Below are positions 21,401 to 30,200 of a stretch of DNA of 39,355 nt, piece by piece. Position 1 is the first letter of the stretch; every line of letters begins with the position of its first letter. The stretch lies in the NCBI GenBank assembly GCA_000708835.1, contig DF236959.1, positions 1-39,355 on the forward strand, read 5' to 3'. The stretch is from Klebsormidium nitens. Lineage: Eukaryota > Plantae > Klebsormidiophyceae. The notes below the pieces were generated by a model. It was given only the letters and a program-made list of their open reading frames with translations, had not been told where the DNA came from and made no database searches. A program made the translations under genes and the position numbers.

Positions 21401-24400
21401 CGAACTGCAGCGGCACGGCTTCCGCCGCCTCTAGTTCCGCTTCCTTCCGCTGCCGTCCTTCCGCTTCTTCCATCGTAAAGGCACCGTAACCGCTTTCTAC
21501 AACCTCCTCTAATGGAGAGCTTTTGGCCCCGTTTCGCGAGAGCGACGTTTCGTGTAAGCTCATCCCGTTCGAGAACCCATTTTCCCCATCGTTTGAACCA
21601 TCAACAGCCGTGTCCGATGCTAACTCTACTATATTCTTTTTACTCGCGCTTGCTGTTACTGAAACACGCCCGGATGCAACCGAATCAGAACCATTTACAG
21701 CAAAAGGCCGATCCGCTTCAGCTTCCAATCCCTCCTCAGCTCCCATATTCACTCTCGTTCCCGCTTCTAGAGCACTTTCATTGGTCAGATCTTTGGACCC
21801 CATCCCTCCCTCCCCGTCTATACTTACTTGATCTGGGCCCAATACCGCCTCCCTTCCACTCCCCTCTGACTGAACCCATCGAACGTCCAGCCCCTGTTCT
21901 CGAAACACCTCGCCCGCACTTTCTCCTTCCGCTGCCGTTCCGTTCCCCTGAACCAAGGCAGGTTCCGCCCTCACATCTCCCTCTCTTATGTGGACTGCTG
22001 AAGCGCCTTCATCTAGTATTTCACTTTCAGTGGGCTCTCCGTGAGTACCCGTTGACTTGAGTGGAGGGGGGGGTCGCGAGGCGGCCGCGGCGCGTTCTCT
22101 CCGCGCCGTAACCTCAGCGGGGATGTTGGCAGTCGCGCGATCGATGTGCGGTTGCAGCTTTTCGTACAGGTCGGCCAAACCCTGCGAAAGGGTGTTGGGT
22201 TTTGAAACTGCAAATTCGGGTGAAATTGAAAGCAGCTGAATTCTGGTGCGCTCGCAAAGGTCAGACAGTGCTCAGATCATTTTGACACCATTTCATCAAG
22301 ATGCAAACGCAGACTTCTCCGCTCTCCATGCTGATTGCCAATGCTTCCCCAAACTACCCCTTCCCTATCGCTGCCAGCACATATTTCGCCTGGAAAAAAG
22401 CGTCTTAAACCCTAAAGCTTCTCAAGTCATCGACCTCCACAAATTGCAAATGTCCAACTTCCCGCTTTCTGCACTGACGGCCACTCTACGGAGGCCCACA
22501 CGGCCACAATAGCCTGCGCGTAGACCGCCAGACAACCAACTCCCCAGCCCCAAAAACCATGAGATCTCGTTAAGTTGCGATTGCCCAGCTCCCCACTCTC
22601 CGCACCGACGGCCACTGCCTCGCCAACCCCACTCGTTATGCTTCTCCCATGGCCGCCTGCAAGTACCTAGTCCGCCTGCCAGCAGACTTTCCGATATTTA
22701 AAAACTCCTTGAGACATTTGAATTTGCTTGTAAGTGTTCAACGAAAGTGCAGAATCCCACCTCGCCGCTCTCTGTGCTAGATGGCCATCGCCTCCCCAAA
22801 CTCCACTTGGTACGCCTCCCCCACCGCCGTCAGCACATACTTCGCCTGGCAACAAAGCTCCTAAACCCCAAGAAAGACTTTGAATGATAGACATTATGGA
22901 CGTGCGAAGGCCCACCTCGCCGCTCTCTGCGCTGATGGCCACTGCCTCCCCAAACCCCACTTGGTACGCCTCCCCCATCGCCGCCAGCACGTAGTCGGCT
23001 TGGCGGTTGCCCCCCTCGCACTTGTTGGCCGCAAGAATGACCGGCAGCCGGGTCTGGCAGCGGAGCCAGCGCGCGAGCTCGATGTCCATTGGCTGGACCT
23101 GGAAAAGTCAATTTTGGGTCAGCGTTTTGGTTAAGCGTTCCAAGTTACGTTCCTCAATCCTTCGAGATCGTGCGACTTTATTCTCTGTGAGCAAATTCAA
23201 GTCAAAGCACCGAGGTTATTGGCAGCTGGGTTTGAGGCCGCAGCCACCGCGCGAGCTCCATGTCCATTGGCTGGACCTGAGAGGGAAACTTTTGGGTCAG
23301 CGTTTGGTTGACCATTCTGAGAAAGGTCCTTGTTTTCCAATGGGAGATTCCTGTAAGCTGTTCCCAGTGGAGGCCCAATTAGATTTCTAAGTCGAGCGTA
23401 GCTCCGCAGCCACCGCCCGTGTTCGAAGTCCATTGGTTGGACCCAAGAAGGGTTAGCGCTTTGATTAGGCGTTCTGACCCTCAATAATATTGGATTGCAT
23501 ATCCCTGTGGGTTTCCAATCTACGCCCCAAAATATCGGCAGCCGAGTCTGGTGCTGCAGCAAGGGCGCGAGCTCGATGTCCACTGGCTGGACCTGAGAAA
23601 GTGAACCTGGGTTCAGCATCTTGGTTAAGCTTTCCTTAATTATGTCAGATTGTGTTGACTATTTTTTCTATAAGCGATCATGAACTACGGCCCCGAGGTG
23701 ACTGGCAGCTGGGTCTGACACCACAGCCACCGTGTGAGCTCGATATCCATCGGCTGAACCTGATAAGGTAAACTTTGACGGTCAGCGTTCGCTTGACCAT
23801 TCTGGGAGAGGCCCTTGTTTTTCTGGTGGAAGATTCGCGTCTGATAAGCTATTCCCAGTCTTGAAGGCCCGATGTCCTTTGGAAACGAGCCTGGCTCCGC
23901 AGCCACCTCGCAAGCTTGATGGCCATTGGCTGGACCTGAGAAGGCAGAATCCGAGGTCACCGTTTCGTTGAAGCCTTCGGGTTAACGTCCCTTCTTTTGA
24001 TCGGTAATCTTGAGTCAAGGCCCCTAATTGAAAATCAACCGGGTCTGGCGCCGCAGCCAGCGCGCGAGCTCAATGTCCAATGGCTGAACCTGAAGAAGTG
24101 AACTTTGGGGTCAGCGTTGGGTTGACTATTCTGGGAAGGGTCCTTGTTTTCCAACAGGGGATGCCCGTCTGGTAAGCTGTTCCCAGTGGAGGCCCGCTCT
24201 CATTTGGAAACCAAGGCCAGCTTCGCAGCCACCGCGCAGATTTGATGTTCACTGGTTGGACCCGAGAAAATAGAACCAGGGTTAGCGCTTTGGTTAGGCG
24301 TTCTGACCCTCAGTTCCTTTTGGATCGAACACCCTTGTGGTTCCTATTAACGTCGGGGTCTGGCGCCGAAGCCAGCGCGCGAGCTCGATGTCCGACGACT

Positions 24401-26696
24401 GGACCTGAGAAGATGAATTTTGGCGTCAGTCGTTTTGGCTACGCCTTTGAGTGACTTTCGACAGGATCGATCTGTGTTGGATCCCCCTTCTAAAAAGTGC
24501 TACAAGGGCGATATTTACAGTGCGATTGGACCAGGGCTTGCGCCAGATCGTCACGCGGCTTGAAAGGACCCCTGGATGAGTTGTCTAAGATACCTCAGCG
24601 GATTTGTATCCCAAACCTTTTGGTTTTGGTTTTACTCGGGGCTGTTGCTTAGCATGTCGCCAGCACTCCCAAACGAAATGCAGATAAGTCCGATGCGGCA
24701 GCCACAGTACGAGGTCCACATCTGAGAAATCTTGTACTAAGTCAGCGCTTTGGGTTGGTTCTGGGTGGTCCATCTCAAAGTTATTTCGCTGCCTCTCTAG
24801 ACCAATTGTTCCACTTGATCACATCACTTTGTTTGGGCTTAGGTTGTTTCATTGTCTCTGCTTTTATACGCAGGTGCTTCAAATTGGCCACCCTGATTAC
24901 GGGACGCAATCTACATAAGTCGTTCAAAAACACAAGCCAGGTGGCAAGGCGTTTCAAAGGAACAGAAGCCTAGAAGGCACGGCAGCTATAGAGGACAAAG
25001 TCAGTTTTTGGTAGCACGACTGACAGTTCTGCAGAAGCTCTACTAAGAGCTCCGGCGCAGAGAGTTTTTGAACCCTCACCCCAGCCCGTGCGTCCAGCAT
25101 GAACAACGCCAAGTGACTGCGCGTCAGCAGCTTTGCAGTCAGGGCCATCGCACGGCCCAGCAGGCTCCCCCCCTCAGAGTCGGCCTCCATCCCTGCTGTG
25201 TCAAACAGCTTAAAACGCAGGTCCGACAATTGCGCGACTCCTTCGCGATAGTCCCGAGTGACATGGCCGCCGGGGGTGTCGTAAACCTGAGAAGAGGAGA
25301 AGAAGAAAAGCACGAGATGGTCTATATCGACGCCAATGAGACTCCTTCTCATTGGCGTCGCATTGCTGACTTCTAACTCAAGCCTTATGCTTGAAACATA
25401 AGGCTTGAGTTAGAAGTCAGCAATGCTTTTTCTGTGATCTTAGCAGATGTGGCTCCCGAGGGTGGTCTAGGGCTGGGAACACGGCACCGAAGTGGAAGAC
25501 TTGAGTTGGGTGGCAGGACGAGAAACTGTTTTCGCGAAGCTGCTGCGAGCTTGGGAAGCTTCAAGCTATTCCTATATACCAAGGATGCGAGCAGAATGTA
25601 CAAGGAGCTATCAGCATCTTAAGCAACACGGAAAGCAGGTCATGCAGACTATATGGGTGCAATAAAGTGCGCCTTCTGAAAATATTCACAGAGAGACATA
25701 GTTCAAACTCTGCACAACTGCACAACCACAGTTTAGTGTCGCTTGTGCCCCCCGCTGAGAGGGCTTGAAAAGGTACTTGATTTCAAGTGTCAAAGCATAA
25801 ATTCACAAAGACAGTGTTGAGACGTCATCAGAATTCTGTAAGAACCGATTCCCATGCCACGATTTCCATAGAGAAGTGACCCTCATAAGAATGTTTTTTT
25901 GATATCATCACTGGGTGCTTCACCCCCAACGCGCCTGTGCAACTTTCGTGAAAGCAACCATACACTAAGCGCACCACCAATAACCTCGGACTTAATGTGC
26001 ACATTTTAGCACCACCAGTTTGCAGACGGTGTAAATGTCCATAGAGTTTAAGGAACCTTTGCGCAAGTTTACACGCACTTTTAAATGTTGTTCATCCTCA
26101 GTGAGGCCCACAAAAATGTCACCTTCATCACCACCACCACCACCATCATCCTCATTTGGCGCTTTGCCTTTGTCAAACGCCACCACAGCTGACAGCTACA
26201 AGATCTTCCTCAAATAGGGCCTCAGAGGGCGGGGACTTTCACAGCCATAAGCTTCTGACCAGATGCGCTTACACACGCAGCTGACAATCAATACCCTCTG
26301 CGTAGATATTACACAGAATACGTTGCCACAACTCAGGGAATAAAGTTCTCTCAGAATGAGCTCCCAGGTTTCATGATGCTTCTTCAGTCTCACCAGTGCT
26401 TCTTTCCGCCTCACAAGCCGGTTGTAAAGTGCTGACTTCCCTACATTGGGCCTTCCAACAAGAACCACGCTTGGCAGTAGGGCCTGATCCTCGTCTCGCA
26501 CTGTCTTTGGCTGTTTCTTCTTCGTATCTTTCTGAACGGGCTTCTTCGAGGAGCTGTTGACCTCTTTAATGTGTGACGGTGGTCGCTTTGAGGACAGCAG
26601 ACGGGTGGCGGAAATTAATTGCAAAGCCTGTGAGGGAACGTGGGGCCTAAACAGGAGTTTGCAAACCTTGTCAAGGGGTAAGCGGAGCATTGTCAT
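15481..26696 (-). CDS. der: EngA/Der double-GTPase ribosome biogenesis factor, organellar (probably mitochondrial type), 13 exons, predicted 768 aa
   Basis: Exons (minus strand): 26696-26394 (GRPNVGKSALYNRL, G1), 25286-25080 (TRD, DTAG), 23098-22916 (ANKCE; AISAESG), 22181-21363 (GRPNVGKSTL, second G1), 20864-20757 (GLTRDS), 20232-20107 (VDTAG), 19528-19448 (EEGRAL), 18889-18797 (VNKID), 17924-17856 (LSALKG), 17376-17308 (INRWL), 16848-16789 (RYITQ), 16281-16190 (KARPPTF), 15577-15481 (GVPIRM..*). Two complete GTPase motif sets plus KH-like C-terminus, and phases are consistent at every junction. Confidence 0.93.
22315..22845 (-). repeat. Four degenerate tandem copies of the 3' half of Der exon 3 plus donor region (in intron 3)
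   Basis: Copies of 'ADYVLAAMGEAYQVGFGEAVAISAESGE|gt' end at 22761 (GT kept, 1-nt insertion gives TAG), 22589 (donor CT, stops), 22458 (donor TT) and 22315 (GT kept, TAG). Confidence 0.85.
23099..24420 (-). repeat. Eight tandem copies of the acceptor plus first ~19 codons of Der exon 3 (in intron 2), unit 143-178 bp
   Basis: Copy starts at 23276, 23442, 23592, 23759, 23935, 24089, 24261 and 24404, each translating as a VQPxDxELARWLRxQTxL variant. CAG acceptor intact in six; TGG at 23442 and CGG at 24261. Confidence 0.93.
25328..25426. repeat. Two abutting perfect inverted repeats (13-bp and 30-bp stems, each with a 7-nt loop) in Der intron 1
   Basis: cgacgccaatgag (25328-25340) pairs with ctcattggcgtcg (25348-25360). 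gcattgctgacttctaactcaagccttatg (25360-25389) pairs with cataaggcttgagttagaagtcagcaatgc (25397-25426). Confidence 0.95.
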
Positions 26697-27204
26697 AAGA
26701 AGTACGAGCCCCGTTCAAACACACCTCATCAAATAAATCCAACAAAGATTCCTTTAGCTTTCTGAGCAAGCACTTTTCGCTTGCTCCTCAGCGACGTAAC
26801 TGCTCTTAAAGGACAAAGAATGAATGCTTCCATGAAGACGTCTTTGCAAGAAAGGCGTTTCTCCCTGACAAGATTTATTGATATAAAGCAAAGCACCGCA
26901 TTGCATTTGAATTTAGGGTTTTCTTTTTGCAGAGTTTGGGTTCGTACACCCCTGCCACATGGACGAATAGGAGAACGCCAACTGGCATGGCCGTCGACAA
27001 GCTGCTCTGTTTCAGGCAAAGGGCTTTGTGCAGCCCTGAAATCCCATGCAGGGAGGCAAGCGCCTTGATTGAAGCCTAAGGTATACGCTCCCTGAACTTG
27101 AAGAAAAGCCTGCCAGGGAACGGTACTGCATCTTATGGCGCCGTCTCCGGTTGAAGGCTTTTGTAATTAGAGATCTACTCCAGCAAAGACCTGCTTCGGG
27201 AAAG
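26697..27204. promoter_or_regulatory. Probable shared (bidirectional) promoter region between der and the DUF3754 gene
   Basis: Divergent start codons at 26696 (-) and 27205 (+) are separated by 508 bp. No individual motif identified. Confidence 0.5.
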
Positions 27205-30200
27205 ATGGGGCCACCAATCATGGTGCTGAGCCCTCAAGCAAGCAGCGGGCTGGCTACCGGGCAAGTCTCCTCAAGGATTGGAGGAAGGGTTCAAAGCTGC
27301 ATCCCTGCTTGTTCTGTTAAATGCAGCTCAAATTCTGATAGCTTGCATGCAAGAAGCGTCACAACTCGGCGCTCTGATGCAGAATTGAGTCAGGCTCGGG
27401 TTTCGAGATCGAGATTGCAGTGTTCCAATCCATGCTTACGTCTGACATACGAAGGCCCCCTGCCCCTTCCTTCTAGATATAGCAAAAGCCCATTGAATAC
27501 GTGCACTGCAAGGAAGCTTGGAACCAGCTTTGGACTTGAAGGTCGAAGGGGAAAAAGGTTTCTGACCCGCTCTAGTTTGGAGGATCCTGCGGAGCTAGCG
27601 GAGGCCGCTCACCAAACGGGGGAGCAGTTTGCCAGTGTGGTGGAAGGGGGCGCCGAGGGTATCGCAAACTCAGGAAAGGCAATTGCAGGGGCAGCGGCTG
27701 CAGCGGGCGTTCTTGCGGGACAGATCGGCAAGGTGGTCGGAAAAACCACATCTCTAGTTAGAGACGCTTACGGACCCGACGTTGAGGATCAGATCAGTAA
27801 TTACCAGCACGATGACCCCGTGAATGTCCTGGAACAGATCGAGGGTGCGGTTGGGCTTGCGAAAGGCGATGTGGATTTGGAAGGGTTTAGGGAGAAGCTC
27901 GCTGACGTCATTGATGAGGTCAGCGATGAGGTGAAGCTGGCGGCGAGCCAGGCGGGCTTGGCGGCGGTCGCTGCAGCTGGGGCGGCTCTCAACCGGGACG
28001 AAAAGGAAACTCCGAAAGCCTACGCTTGCGCCGTGGTTGAAGAACCAAAGAAATGGGCGGTGGGGAGTGCGACAGCAGGTTCATCTAAAGCCCCAACAAA
28101 GCAACAAGCAGAGCCGTCTGAGACTGGTCTGCCTGCGGGGGAGGACAAGAATGCGAGAAAGATTGAGGGCCTGGTGGCGTCGCAGTTGAAGCTGGAGGTT
28201 TCGGAAGCGGGACCGGTGTTAGATGCAGAACGAGGCGTGGACAAAGAAGGAGCTGCGGTGGTGGTTGTGGACGCACTGAAAGAGCGGCTGGCCGACTTCG
28301 CGGGTGGCGTCGAGGAGGAGATTAAGAGGAAGCAAGCGGAGCGAGATGCAGAAAAGCAGAGAGAAAGGGATTCGGAAGAGAAAAGCAGAGAGCATGAGGA
28401 GAGGCATCGCGACCAGAAACCCATCGTCCGGGGGGGTCATTCTGTGGGGGAAAACGGGGGAGGGAGACCGAACCGGGGCGGGTTGCAGAGACAGATAGGG
28501 GCGACTAAAGTGCGGGTTGGCCGGGAGCGGCACATCCCTGTGAACAAGGCGGATTTGATTCCAGCGATGCGGGACTTGTTTGAGGACGAAAGGGATGCGG
28601 CCGGGTTTGTGGCGGTGTGTACGTCAGTGGAGTCGATCTTGCATGCAGAGCACCAGGTGAGGTGATGGGGTGTTTGGAAGGAAGCGCGTTTGAGTAACTG
28701 CAAGCTCAAAAAAGGTCTGGGGATTGCTGTGCCTGTGATTCCCCATCGTTCGTTCCACACCTGGAAAGGAAGGCATGCGAGAGTCAAACTCTACAAGTTC
28801 TTGCTTTGAGGACAAATGATAGTATCCATTGTCCCAAGAAGTTGTACGATCTCACCTGTGTACCTGTGCATGAGTCCCGGAAAGAGGGCGTTGGGAGATC
28901 GGTCCCCCTGAAGTCGCATGGCAACTGTGATTGTGCCCCTCTGCACCTGTGTCGCCAAAGATTCAAGTGATGGTGACAATGGCCGAGCCTCTAATTTTCT
29001 TACAGCAGATTGGTTGTGACGTTCTGGGCTGCTCCGGTCAACACCCCCTTTGATCCCTTTTGCTTCTCCTATGTGGCTTCTCCTATGTGATATTGCAGGA
29101 CCAGGGCACCACTCGTTCCCAAGAATTCGTCTTGCAAAGCGTAACAGATGCGAGGCTTACACCCTTTTTCACTGTACAGGTTATTATGGAAGAGCTGCGC
29201 GCCGACTACGCCCTCACCCACACAGAGGAGAGCGATGACGATGCTGACGTCAGCAACCAGGCGGGAACGCTCGCCGCGGGAAGCTCCGCCCGGAGAGGGT
29301 CTGAGTCAGACGACGACCGGAAGTCTCTGGCAGCCAAAAGCGGCACTCTTTCCGAGGACGAATCCACTGAGGCGGGGCTGGGAAAAGTCTCGTCCAAAAT
29401 ACTGCAAAAGCTGCTCGGGTCACGGGAGAAGAAACGGGCAGCCCGGAAAGCGATTGGCAAAGTCAAGAAGGCTGTGAGTGGGGACGAAGACGGTTCCAGC
29501 GACGAATCCGGAGGGAACGGGGCGGGCCGGGTCGGAAAGATTGTATTATCGGAGCCGGGAAGGGGATCCCTCGTTCAGTCGAAGTTTAGTGACGTGGCAG
29601 ACGAGGGGAAAGCGCGCCGCAGCGTGAGGGACGACGCGAGCGAGCGGTTCGAGACGAACGTGCTGGAGATCCTCAGCCGCGGCCAGTTCGAGGCGCTGAC
29701 GTCAGCGGACCTGGAGCTGACGGCGGCGCTGAACGAGGACTACCTGCTGACGCTGCCGATCAACGTGGACTGGAAGAGCTCGTCGAAGGAGGCCATCATT
29801 TTTCGGTGAGGTTCTTGTTGTGAACGGATGTTTTGGGAGCTTGTGTGCAATTCGTGAGCCCACCCTTGTTGCAAATGCAGGACCTCGAGACGAGATGATG
29901 CTTGGGGCAATTCAGGACTGGTTCATTGCGATCCCGTACTCTTTTATTTGACGGAGACGGGTTTCTGCAATTTTTTGTCTCGAGCCTGCATGCGATACAG
30001 GGTTTCTAGCATTGGTATCTCCTCTGTGTTTCCCTTCCTTTAAAAAAGAATGAAAGCCTTCTGACCGTACCTCAGTCAAGAGCCCACTCACGAGGGCTCC
30101 TTTCATCTCAGAAAGATCCGAGAACAACCCAATTCTAGGAATTAGAAAGCTTCCCTCACCCTTGGGCTTTCTTCAGTTGTTGTCGAGCCTCACTATTCTG

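Noticed and set aside
21512-22060. 182-aa plus-strand ORF
   Set aside because: Antisense shadow of Der exon 4.
23099-24420. Repeat-spacer pattern resembling CRISPR
   Set aside because: The repeats are degenerate copies of a protein-coding exon edge and the spacers are homologous to each other.
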